Of a stretch of DNA of 27,682 bases, positions 8,774-17,115 are shown piece after piece. This DNA is from an uncultured Chloroflexia bacterium (GTDB lineage: Bacteria; Chloroflexota; Dehalococcoidia; DSTF01; JALHUB01): contig CAVSBT010000036.1 in NCBI GenBank assembly GCA_963726245.1, positions 1-27,682 on the forward strand. The letters run 5' to 3'. A model generated the notes under the pieces. That model ran no database searches, was not told the DNA's origin, and saw only the letters and a program-made list of their open reading frames with translations. The position numbers were made by a program, and so were the translations under genes. Every line of letters begins with the position of its first letter. Positions within the stretch are counted from its first letter, which is position 1.

Positions 8774-9863
8774 GCCCACCCTCGATAGCCCCAGACCCGG
8801 CGTCCTGCGGCGCTACCGCCAGCACCTGCCGCTGACCGAAGCTACGCCGCTGCTGAACCTCGGTGAGGGCGACACGCCGCTCGTGCGCTCACGCCACCTG
8901 GAGGCTGAGGTCGGCTGCGAGGCCCTCTACTTCAAGCTGGAATCCTGCAACCCCACCGGCTCCTTCAAGGACCGGGGCATGGTGGTGGCGGTCGCCAAGG
9001 CGCTCGAAGAAGGCATGCAGGCCGTTATGTGCGCCTCGACCGGCAACACCAGCGCGTCGGCGGCCGCCTATGCCGCTCACTGCGGCCTGGCGGCCTACGT
9101 CGTGGTGCCCCACGGCCGCATAGCTCTGGGGAAGATGGCGCAGGCCGTGGCCCACGGCGCCCGCATCATCGCTATCGACGGCAGCTTCGACCAGGCGCTG
9201 GGTCTGGCCCGCGCCATCAGCGAGAAACACGCCATCGCCCTGGTGAACTCCGTCAACCCGTACCGCATCGAAGGCCAGAAAACCGCCGCCTTTGAGATCG
9301 TGGACGTGCTGGGAGAGGCGCCGGACTACCTCTTCATCCCGGTGGGCAACGCCGGCAACATCACCGCTTACTGGAAGGGCTTCTCGGAGTATGCCAACCT
9401 GGGAAAGGCAAGGCGGCGCCCGCACATGATGGGTTTCCAGGCCGCCGGCGCCGCCCCCATCGTCCTCGGTAGGCCCGTGGAGGACCCACAAACCGTGGCC
9501 TCGGCGATCCGCATAGGCAACCCGGCTAGCTGGAAGGCGGCAGTGGCAGCCCGCGACGAGTCCGGCGGCGTCATCGACGCTGTCAGCGACGACGAGATAC
9601 TGGATGCCTATCACCGGCTGGCCCGGGAGGAAGGCATCTTCTCCGAGCCGGCGTCCGGGGCCACCGTGGCCGGCCTCCTGAAGATGGCCGCCGGCGGTCT
9701 GGACCTGCGGGGGCGAACCGTCGTCTGCATCATCACCGGCAGCGGGCTCAAGGACCCAGACACCGCCATGGCCACGTTGCCGGAGCTCCATCACGTGCCC
9801 GCGGACCTGGCCGCCGTCGAAGAAGCCATGGGCTGGAGCGGGACGAGCGTCGCTCGGAGGTAG
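8748..9863 (+). CDS. thrC: Threonine synthase
   Basis: Motifs LGEGDTPL, NPTGSFKDRGM (PLP lysine), CASTGNTSASAAAY, NSVNPYRIEGQKT, PVGNAGNI and TGSGLKDPD. Confidence 0.96.
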   Translation: MLSASQRSEPTLDSPRPGVLRRYRQHLPLTEATPLLNLGEGDTPLVRSRHLEAEVGCEALYFKLESCNPTGSFKDRGMVVAVAKALEEGMQAVMCASTGNTSASAAAYAAHCGLAAYVVVPHGRIALGKMAQAVAHGARIIAIDGSFDQALGLARAISEKHAIALVNSVNPYRIEGQKTAAFEIVDVLGEAPDYLFIPVGNAGNITAYWKGFSEYANLGKARRRPHMMGFQAAGAAPIVLGRPVEDPQTVASAIRIGNPASWKAAVAARDESGGVIDAVSDDEILDAYHRLAREEGIFSEPASGATVAGLLKMAAGGLDLRGRTVVCIITGSGLKDPDTAMATLPELHHVPADLAAVEEAMGWSGTSVARR

Positions 9864-9867
9864 TCTT

Positions 9868-10665
9868 ATGATCTCCCGCTGGTTGAACCCGGAACGAATC
9901 GCCGTGGTGGAGGTCTCAGGCGTCCTGGGCTCCGCCGTCCGCGCCGCCGAGTTCGTGCGCATCTTCCGCTCGCTCGAGGAGAACGCCCACGTGCGGGCCG
10001 TGGTGATAGAGATCGACTCGCCGGGCGGCTCAGCCACCGCCTCCGACTACCTCCACAGGTCTCTGGCCCGGGTCAGCGCCCGCAAGCCGGTGGTGGCCTT
10101 CATTCGAGGAATGGGCGCCTCAGGCGGCTACCTGCTGAGCTGCGCCGCGACCAAGATCGTGGCTATCCCCAGCGCCATGGTGGGATCCATCGGCGTCATC
10201 AGCATACGGCCCCTTCTCTATGACTTCATGCACCGCTTCGGCATCGGCGTCTCCGTCACGAAGAGCGGCCGCCTCAAGGACATGTGGTACCCCTTCCGGG
10301 AGCCGACGGAGGAGGAGAAGCAGAAGGAGCAGGCGCTCCTGGACGAGTTCTACGAGAGCTTCGTCTCCACCGTGGCCAAGGCGAGGAACCTCGACGCCGA
10401 GAGGGTGCGCACCCTCGCTACCGGCGAAGTCTTCACCGCCGCTCAAGCCAAGGAAGCCTCCCTGATCGACGAGCTGGGCGACCTGGAGACAGCCATCGAA
10501 ATGGCGATGGAGCTGGGGAAGACGCCGCGGCGCCTGGCCTACGTACGGCCGCGGCGTGGATTGCGCAGCATTCTCTTCCAGCGCATGGCCGGCGCATTCG
10601 TGAATGAGGTGGCAGTGGCGGTGGAGCAGGGAATGCGCGGCCGCATCGACTACCGTCTCCGCTGA
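9868..10665 (+). CDS. sppA: Signal peptide peptidase, S49 family (short SppA type)
   Basis: Motifs IDSPGGS..AS, KPVVA....GASGGY (catalytic Ser), VGSIGV, KSG.LKD and LIDELG. Confidence 0.9.
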   Translation: MISRWLNPERIAVVEVSGVLGSAVRAAEFVRIFRSLEENAHVRAVVIEIDSPGGSATASDYLHRSLARVSARKPVVAFIRGMGASGGYLLSCAATKIVAIPSAMVGSIGVISIRPLLYDFMHRFGIGVSVTKSGRLKDMWYPFREPTEEEKQKEQALLDEFYESFVSTVAKARNLDAERVRTLATGEVFTAAQAKEASLIDELGDLETAIEMAMELGKTPRRLAYVRPRRGLRSILFQRMAGAFVNEVAVAVEQGMRGRIDYRLR

Positions 10666-10762
10666 GGGAGCCCCCTTCGTTGGCAGATCGTCCCCGTTCT
10701 CGGCAGGCTCGCGCCGTGGGATACGGCTTGCCCAGTAGCGCGCCGCAGCATGGCCGGCCGGA

Positions 10763-11536
10763 TCACTCCTCCCAGGAGCGGCCGCGCCAGTAGTAGCGAC
10801 GGCGAGGCCCTCGCCCCGCGCGGAAGAGGCTGACCAGGAGAAGGCCCGCCAGGAAGCCACCGATGTGCGCCCACCAGGCGATGCCGGCATCGCCGGCAGC
10901 CTGCCCCAGCGACGCCACGCCGGTGAAGAGCTGCATCATGAACCAGATGCCGATGAGGGCCGCAGCAGGGATGTAGGGGGCGCCCAGAAAGAAGAACAAA
11001 GGCATGAATACGGCGATGCGGGCCCGCGGGAACATCACCAGGTAAGCACCCATCACACCGGCGATGGCGCCGCTGGCTCCGATCCCCGGAACCAGGGAGT
11101 CCATGCTGAAGGCTATCTGGGTCGCTGCCGCCGCCAGCCCGACAATGAGGTAGAACACCAGGTAGCGCACGTGGCCCAGGGCGTCCTCGACGTTGTCGCC
11201 GAACACCCACAGGAAGAGCATGTTGCCCAGGATGTGGAGCCAGCCGGCGTGCATGAACATCGAGGTGAAGACGCTGAGGAGGGCGTGGTTGGTCCCGCAG
11301 ACGATGGTCAGGTCACGGGAGGGCACGTTCGTCTTCAGGCCCAGCGAGTCGCCGATGCAGGCGGGGATCGCGCCCCAATCGTAGAACCAGCGGTCGAGCT
11401 GAGAGAGGCTCCCTACGGGAGCGTGCGAGCTGAGGGTTAGCTCGTAGAAGAACGCCAGGAAGTTGACGGCAATGATGCCGACGTTGACGTACGGGATGGT
11501 ACGCCGGGAGAGTTTGTCGCCAACGGGAATCAGCAA
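10763..11536 (-). CDS. Rhomboid family intramembrane serine protease
   Basis: Motifs TSMFMHAGWLHILGNMLFLWVFGDNVED, GASGAIAG (catalytic Ser) and AHIGGF (catalytic His). Confidence 0.95.
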   Translation of the reverse strand: MLIPVGDKLSRRTIPYVNVGIIAVNFLAFFYELTLSSHAPVGSLSQLDRWFYDWGAIPACIGDSLGLKTNVPSRDLTIVCGTNHALLSVFTSMFMHAGWLHILGNMLFLWVFGDNVEDALGHVRYLVFYLIVGLAAAATQIAFSMDSLVPGIGASGAIAGVMGAYLVMFPRARIAVFMPLFFFLGAPYIPAAALIGIWFMMQLFTGVASLGQAAGDAGIAWWAHIGGFLAGLLLVSLFRAGRGPRRRYYWRGRSWEE

Positions 11537-11641
11537 CGAGAGAACCCTGGACCCACCGGAACGCGCCGTCCTCAGGCGCCACCAGCCGATAGTAGAACGG
11601 CGGCGCCCGCCAAGACAACACTACCCGCTGTGCCAGTCTCG

Positions 11642-11670
11642 TTGACCGCCTTCCGGCGCCATGTTAGACT
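11642..11670 (+). promoter_or_regulatory. Sigma70-type promoter upstream of tRNA-His
   Basis: TTGACC (11642-11647) - 17 nt - TAGACT (11665-11670), with an extended -10 TG. Confidence 0.65.
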
Positions 11671-11748
11671 CAGCAGGCAGCCCTGGGGGCGCCACGCGGC
11701 CCTGCGGTTCGGCAGAGGAGAGTGTGGGCCACAGGGCGCGCTGATCCT

Positions 11749-11825
11749 GGTGGGCGTAGCCGAGCGGTTAAGGCGCCAGGTTGTGGCCCTGGAGATCGAG
11801 GGTTCGAATCCCTCCGTCCACCCCA
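11749..11825 (+). tRNA. tRNA-His (GTG)
   Basis: Acceptor GTGGGCG/CGTCCAC, anticodon arm CCAGG-TTGTGGC-CCTGG and T arm GAGGG-TTCGAAT-CCCTC. Has encoded G-1, C73 discriminator and CCA. Confidence 0.97.
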
Positions 11826-11999
11826 TCTTCTTCTCGAGATAGGATCTCATCCGGGCCGCCAGGACAGGGTCACGAGTCCGGCAGTCTTCTGTGTAGGCCC
11901 GGAGACCCAGGTGCAGCGACAGCCGCTGCGGCATTCCTTCTCGGCTTGACCATCTCCTTTCGCTGACTCATCCCCCGACGAGGGGAGAGCAGGCAAGAG

Positions 12000-13244
12000 G
12001 TGCCCATCATGCCGCTCCTGAGCCAGGTTCTAGGCCGTCCAGTTCTTGATCCCGATGGGGACCTCGTCGGGAAGCTGGAAGATCTTCTCGTGTCGGCGGA
12101 TGTTCCCTACCCTCCCGTGGACTACGTCGTCGTTCGTCATCTGCGGCGTCTTCACGCCGTTCCGTGGGACGCCGTAGCGTCAGTGACGCCCAAGGCGACG
12201 GCTCTGCGGCGCTTCTTCGACCCCAACACGTATCCCGAACCGCCCGAAAACCTGATCTGGCTCTCCCGCGACCTGCTGGACAAGCAGATCGTCGACACGC
12301 AGGGCGTCAAGCTCGTCCGCGTCAACGACCTGGCGGTCACTCCTATCGGCGAAGAGCTGCGTCTGGCCGGCGTCGATAGCTCATTCGCCGGTGTGCTGCG
12401 GCGCCTCGGCGTGGAATGGCTCGCCCGTCTCTTCGGCCGTGGCCGTCCACCTCTTATCGACTGGCAGCAGGTGGACGTGGGGACCGCCGTGGAAGAGGTG
12501 CGCCTCAAGGTGCCCTTCGACCGCCTGCGGCGGATGCGTCCCGCCGACATCGGCGCCGTCATCAGCCAGATGTCGCCCGCAGAGGCAGCCGACGTGCTGG
12601 AAGTACTCGACGACAAGACAGCGGCCGACGCCTTAGCCGAGCTTTCCGACGAGCACCAGGCCGCCGTCCTCACGGCAATGGAGCCCGAAGAGGCCGCCGA
12701 CCTGCTGGAGGAGATGCCACCCGACGAGGCTGCGGACGTGCTGGGCGATGTGCGGGAGGAGCGAGCCGGACACCTCATGAGTCTGATGGAGCCCAAGGCC
12801 GCGCGCGAGGTTCAATCTCTTCTCGCCTACGAGGAGGACACCGCGGGTGGCCTGATGAACAGCAGGCTGCTCGCCGTCCAAGAGACCGACACCGCCGACG
12901 AAGTCATCGCCCACCTCCGCAGCACGGAGCCTCCAGAGGATGAGATCTACTACATATACGTCGTCGACAGCGAGAACCGCCTGCGTGGTGTACTCTCCCT
13001 GCGCGATCTCATCGTCGCCCACCCGGACACGCCCATCCGCGATTTCATTCAGCACGACACGGCGCACGTGCACCTTGACGACCCCAAAGAAGAGGTGGCA
13101 CGGAGGCTCATCCGCTATGACCTCCTGGCGATTCCCGTGATCGATGAGGATGAGCATCTGCTGGGCGTGGTGACGGTCAATGACGTCCTCGACCTCGTGA
13201 CTCCCCGCTCCTGGCAGAACCGGCCGCGCAAAATGCTTGGGTGA
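12000..13244 (+). CDS. MgtE-like cytoplasmic protein (PRC-barrel x2, MgtE N domain, CBS pair) without transmembrane domain
   Basis: Motifs DLLDKQIVD.QG.KLVRVND, acidic PEEAAD repeats, YEEDTAGGLM, IYYIYVVD...L.GVLSLRDL, YDLLAIPVID and GVVTVNDVLD. Confidence 0.9.
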   Translation: MPIMPLLSQVLGRPVLDPDGDLVGKLEDLLVSADVPYPPVDYVVVRHLRRLHAVPWDAVASVTPKATALRRFFDPNTYPEPPENLIWLSRDLLDKQIVDTQGVKLVRVNDLAVTPIGEELRLAGVDSSFAGVLRRLGVEWLARLFGRGRPPLIDWQQVDVGTAVEEVRLKVPFDRLRRMRPADIGAVISQMSPAEAADVLEVLDDKTAADALAELSDEHQAAVLTAMEPEEAADLLEEMPPDEAADVLGDVREERAGHLMSLMEPKAAREVQSLLAYEEDTAGGLMNSRLLAVQETDTADEVIAHLRSTEPPEDEIYYIYVVDSENRLRGVLSLRDLIVAHPDTPIRDFIQHDTAHVHLDDPKEEVARRLIRYDLLAIPVIDEDEHLLGVVTVNDVLDLVTPRSWQNRPRKMLG

Positions 13245-13247
13245 ACC

Positions 13248-14549
13248 ATGGCCGCAGAAACTGAGCGCGAGGCCGCTGTGAAGCGCCGCGGGGCCATCCG
13301 CCTGTCCCTGCTGGCTCCGATCAGCGTGTTCCTGGCCGTGATGGGCCCCGGCCTGATCACGGGGATCGTCGACGATGACCCGACCGGCATCGCCGGCTAC
13401 TCTATCGCCGGCGCGCACTTCGGCTACAGCCTCCTCTGGGTGATCGTCCTCTCCTTCTTCGCCCTCGCCATCATCGCCGAGATGGCTGCTCGCCTCGGCG
13501 CCATAACCGGCAAAGGGCTCGCCGACCTTATCCGCGAACGGTTCGGCGTGCGCATTACGTCTCTGGCGATGCTCGTCCTGCTGGTGGCGAACGCGACCAC
13601 CACAATTGCCGAGTTTGCCGGTGTCGCTGGCGCCTCCGAGATATTCGGCATCTCGAAGTACATCACGGTTCCCCTGGCGGCGGCGCTTGTCATGGCGGTC
13701 GTGATCTACGGTACCTATCGTCGCGTGGAGAAGGTGCTACTGGTTGGCGCGCTGGTCTTTGTCTCTTACATAATCACCGGCTTCCTGGCGCGACCGGATT
13801 GGGGGTCAGTGGCGACCCACTCCGTCGTCCCCACATTCCACCTCACCCTGCCCTATCTCACCGTCCTCATCGGCGTTATCGGTACCACAATCACGCCCTG
13901 GCAGCAGTTCTATCTGCAGTCTGGGGTCGTGGACAAGGGTCTGGGGGAGCGCGAATACCGGTTTGTACGCTGGGACGTGTACGCGGGTGCCTTCGCCTGC
14001 ACCCTGATCGCCTTCTTCGTCATCGTGACGACGGCGGCGACCCTCAACGCTCACGGCCAGCCTGCTGACACGGTGACCGACGTAGGCCAGGCGCTGCACC
14101 CCCTCGCCGGCAACTTTGCAGCCAATCTCTTCGCCATCGGCCTCCTGAATGCCTCTCTGCTGGCTGCGGCAGTGCTGCCGCTCAGCACAGCCTACGCCGT
14201 CTGTGGCGCCTTCGGCTGGGAGCGCAGCGTGAGCCGATCGCTTCACGAGGCGCCCGCCTTCTTCGGCCTCTTCGCGGGACTGATCGTGTTCGGGGCGGGG
14301 GCGGTGCTCATCCCTCACGCGCCGATACTAAAGCTTCTGTTCCTCCCCAACGTGGTCGGTGGGATCCTGCTACCCGTCATCCTGATACTGATGCTAAGGC
14401 TGGTAAACGACCGCAGACTCATGGGGCACTGGGTCAACTCTCGCCGGCAAAACGTCATCGCCGTTGTGACCACCACATTCATGATCGTTCTTACGGTCGT
14501 CTACCTGGCCATCGCTATCCTGGAAGCCGTGGGCTTCCTGACGGGCTGA
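13248..14549 (+). CDS. NRAMP/SLC11-family divalent metal transporter, NRMT (Mg2+)-like clade
   Basis: Motifs MGPGLI...DDDPTGI..YS..GA.FGY, TGKGL.DLIRERFG and GTTITPW..FYLQ. Starts 3 nt after the MgtE-like gene. Confidence 0.9.
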   Translation: MAAETEREAAVKRRGAIRLSLLAPISVFLAVMGPGLITGIVDDDPTGIAGYSIAGAHFGYSLLWVIVLSFFALAIIAEMAARLGAITGKGLADLIRERFGVRITSLAMLVLLVANATTTIAEFAGVAGASEIFGISKYITVPLAAALVMAVVIYGTYRRVEKVLLVGALVFVSYIITGFLARPDWGSVATHSVVPTFHLTLPYLTVLIGVIGTTITPWQQFYLQSGVVDKGLGEREYRFVRWDVYAGAFACTLIAFFVIVTTAATLNAHGQPADTVTDVGQALHPLAGNFAANLFAIGLLNASLLAAAVLPLSTAYAVCGAFGWERSVSRSLHEAPAFFGLFAGLIVFGAGAVLIPHAPILKLLFLPNVVGGILLPVILILMLRLVNDRRLMGHWVNSRRQNVIAVVTTTFMIVLTVVYLAIAILEAVGFLTG

Positions 14550-14577
14550 CGGCCCCCAATAACTCGGAGACCAGCCC

Positions 14578-15217
14578 ATGTCAGCATCACCCCTGGCGGA
14601 GGACGTCGAGAGGATCCTGGCGGAAGTGGGGCCTCTGCCGTCCCCTCGGCAGCGGCCGGCCCTGGTGATGGCGGCCGGCCTGCCCGGCTCAGGCAAGTCG
14701 CGCTTCTGCCGCGAGCTACGGCGCCGCACCGGGGCCATCATCCTGGAGAGCGACGCACTGCGCCGCCTCCTCTTCCGACAGCCGGATCACTCCCAGGCCG
14801 AGAGCGGCCGTCTCTTCGCCGCCATCCATGCCGCGATGGAGAGGCTGTTGCAGGCCGGCGTCCACACCATCCTCGATGCCACGAATCTTACGGAGTGGCA
14901 ACGGGAGCCCGTCTACGCCATGGCCGAGCGCACCGGAGCGCGGCTGGTGCTCGTCTGGCTGGAGGCGCCGCGGGAGGTCGTGGAGGCGCGCCTGGCCGAT
15001 CGCTGCCGCGGCGCCGACCCCCAGGACCGCTCGGCGGCCGGCGTGACCGTCTACGAGCGCATGCGCGCGCAGGTCGAGGCGATCCGGCGTCCCCACTGGA
15101 CTGTAGATACGTCGCGGGGACACGAGAGAGGCGCTGGACGCCATCGCCAGGGAGATGAAGTCCTTCCCGAACCGAGAGGTGACGCCACACGTGGGCGAAG
15201 CCGCCACCAACCACTAA
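14578..15217 (+). CDS. P-loop NMP-kinase-like protein (AAA_33-like), apparent +1 frameshift at G run 15116-15119
   Basis: Motifs GLPGSGKS, ESDALRR.LF, ILDATN and RL..R. Removing one G gives VDTSRDTREALDAIAREMK...NH* with TAA at 15215-15217, right at the terminator hairpin. Confidence 0.8.
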
Positions 15218-15243
15218 GGGCCGCCCTTGGGGCGGCCCTTAGT
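15213..15243. terminator. Perfect hairpin between convergent genes (likely bidirectional terminator)
   Basis: ACTAAGGGCCGCCC-TTG-GGGCGGCCCTTAGT, a 14-bp stem. Confidence 0.75.
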
Positions 15244-15264
15244 CTCACTGCCAAAGCATACGGC

Positions 15265-16074
15265 TCAGGCGTTGTTCGCTCGGACCTCCGTCGCCGGCTC
15301 CTGCCCCAGCCAGCGTCGCAGTAGAGGATAGCCAAAACGCTGGAGCATGATGGCGATGACGAAACCCATGCAAGAGACGACGAGCCCGATCATGGCATCG
15401 AAGATGAAGTGATTGCCCGTCCCGACGATGGCAGCGAACTGGGCCACCGGCAAGAGGGCAGCCAGGAACCAGATAGGTTTGAAGCGGGTGGCGCTTATGA
15501 CGCCAAGCGCCAGCAGGAACGCCCAGCCCACGTGCAGGCTGGGCACCGCCGCATAGGGGTTCACGAAGGGCCGCGCCGATTGCGCCTGGTAGCTCAGGTT
15601 ATTGAACACCGCCAGAGTGTCCACAAACCCGAAGCCCGGCAGCAGGCGTGGCGGGGCCACTGGGAACAGGTGGTAAATGACCAGGGCGATCGCGCCCGAC
15701 GCGAGGAGGGCATCGCGCGTGATGGTGTACTGGTGGCGATGCCGGAAGTAGAGCCAGAGACCCACCACTATGATGAGCGGAAAGTCCAGCCAGAAGTAGA
15801 TAGCGTTGAAGAGCTGTACCAGGGCCCTACTACCCATGACCAGAGTCTGAAACTGGACTTCCCAGAAGAAGCCCCATTTCTGCTCCAAGTCAATGATACG
15901 AACGGCCCGGTTGAACGACTCCCCGGTACGGTCGACGACGCTGCCTCGCACCAGGAAGTAGAGCAGGAAGGCTACCGCGACCAGAGCCAGCTCGAAGGCA
16001 TCGCGGAAGACTCGATGGTCCGCGAGATAGCGGGCGAACCGGCGTTGCGGCGGGAATGACGACACGGTCTGCAC
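15265..16074 (-). CDS. PAP2_3 (Aur1/IPC-synthase-like) membrane phosphoesterase or phosphotransferase
   Basis: Motifs YFLVRG, FPVAPPRL, GFVDT, NPYAAVPSLHVGWA and TGNHFIFD. Confidence 0.88.
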   Translation of the reverse strand: MQTVSSFPPQRRFARYLADHRVFRDAFELALVAVAFLLYFLVRGSVVDRTGESFNRAVRIIDLEQKWGFFWEVQFQTLVMGSRALVQLFNAIYFWLDFPLIIVVGLWLYFRHRHQYTITRDALLASGAIALVIYHLFPVAPPRLLPGFGFVDTLAVFNNLSYQAQSARPFVNPYAAVPSLHVGWAFLLALGVISATRFKPIWFLAALLPVAQFAAIVGTGNHFIFDAMIGLVVSCMGFVIAIMLQRFGYPLLRRWLGQEPATEVRANNA

Positions 16075-16165
16075 GTTACGCTCCCTCTAGAGATTCGACC
16101 GCTCCCTCACCATCCTGGAGGGAGCCACTCCCATCGATCAATCAAACCACAACCGCCGGAGGATT

Positions 16166-16909
16166 TCAAGAACGTCTTACCGGCAGCCGCGCCAGGACGT
16201 GGCGCACAGGCAACCTTCCCGAGTAGTAGAGCCAGGATACGAAGAGGGCAACCAGCACAATGGCGGCGCCCACCAGCATGTCGAAGATGAAGTGGTTCGC
16301 CGTTACGACGATGGCCCAGAACATGGCCGCGGGCATGAGGACGGCAAAGGCCCGCAAAGCCAGATTGCGGCTGTTCTCCCATATGGCGATGCCGGCCAGC
16401 ATGGCCCACCCGAAGTGGAGGCTGGGCACCGCCGCATAGTGGTTCAGGAAGAGATCCGGCTTGACCTCGTATCTCTCCTTGGCGACGATGGCAATCGTAT
16501 CCACGAAGCCCCACTGGCTGGGCATCAGGCGGGGCGGCGCCGCCGGGAAGAAGGCGTAGCCCCATAGCCCCACAAAGGCCGACAGGACCAGCCCCGTCCG
16601 GTAAATGCCGTAGCGCGCCCGGTTCTTCCAGTAGAGCCAGATTGCAGCGACCAGGATGACCGGGAAATGCCCCCAGATGTAGATGCCGTTCGCTATCCGC
16701 ATCAGGAGGTCGTTCTTCAGCACCGGCTCCTGCCACTGGCGTTCGACAAAGATGTGCAGCGCCTGCTCCAGGTGGATGATCTTCGTCGAGCGGGCAACCG
16801 CCTGGGGCACAGGCTCGGGCAGACCGCCGCGCACCAGGAAGTAGACGACCATAATCGCCGTCAGCACCACCGCCTCGATCAGAAAAGCGGCGAGACGCTG
16901 CGGGGTCAC
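16166..16909 (-). CDS. PAP2_3 (Aur1/IPC-synthase-like) membrane protein, paralog of the adjacent gene
   Basis: Motifs YFLVRG, FPAAPPRL, GFVDT, NHYAAVPSLHFGWA and TANHFIFD. Confidence 0.88.
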   Translation of the reverse strand: MTPQRLAAFLIEAVVLTAIMVVYFLVRGGLPEPVPQAVARSTKIIHLEQALHIFVERQWQEPVLKNDLLMRIANGIYIWGHFPVILVAAIWLYWKNRARYGIYRTGLVLSAFVGLWGYAFFPAAPPRLMPSQWGFVDTIAIVAKERYEVKPDLFLNHYAAVPSLHFGWAMLAGIAIWENSRNLALRAFAVLMPAAMFWAIVVTANHFIFDMLVGAAIVLVALFVSWLYYSGRLPVRHVLARLPVRRS

Positions 16910-17115
16910 CCTTTCGCGAACCAGGGCCAGTATTTCGCTCGCCAGCGCTTCGCCTCCTGCGCCACGTCTGACGGATCGTCTCGGTTGCCCGCCGCGCTAC
17001 GGCAGACCTATGATACCAATGAGGGCATTCCCGAACGAGCGGGAATCCCGTCCACATCGCCATTATATCGCAGGCGTCGGCCCCAATCGACCTGGCGGCT
17101 GGAAAGGAGTTCACC

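Noticed and set aside
11749-14549. tRNA-His as an island integration site
   Set aside because: No integrase, no duplicated tRNA 3' end seen, and no clear compositional break.
15218-15324. Extended C-terminus of the 248-aa kinase ORF overlapping the PAP2 gene
   Set aside because: Explained by an extra G at 15116-15119. The corrected frame stops at 15217 at the terminator hairpin.
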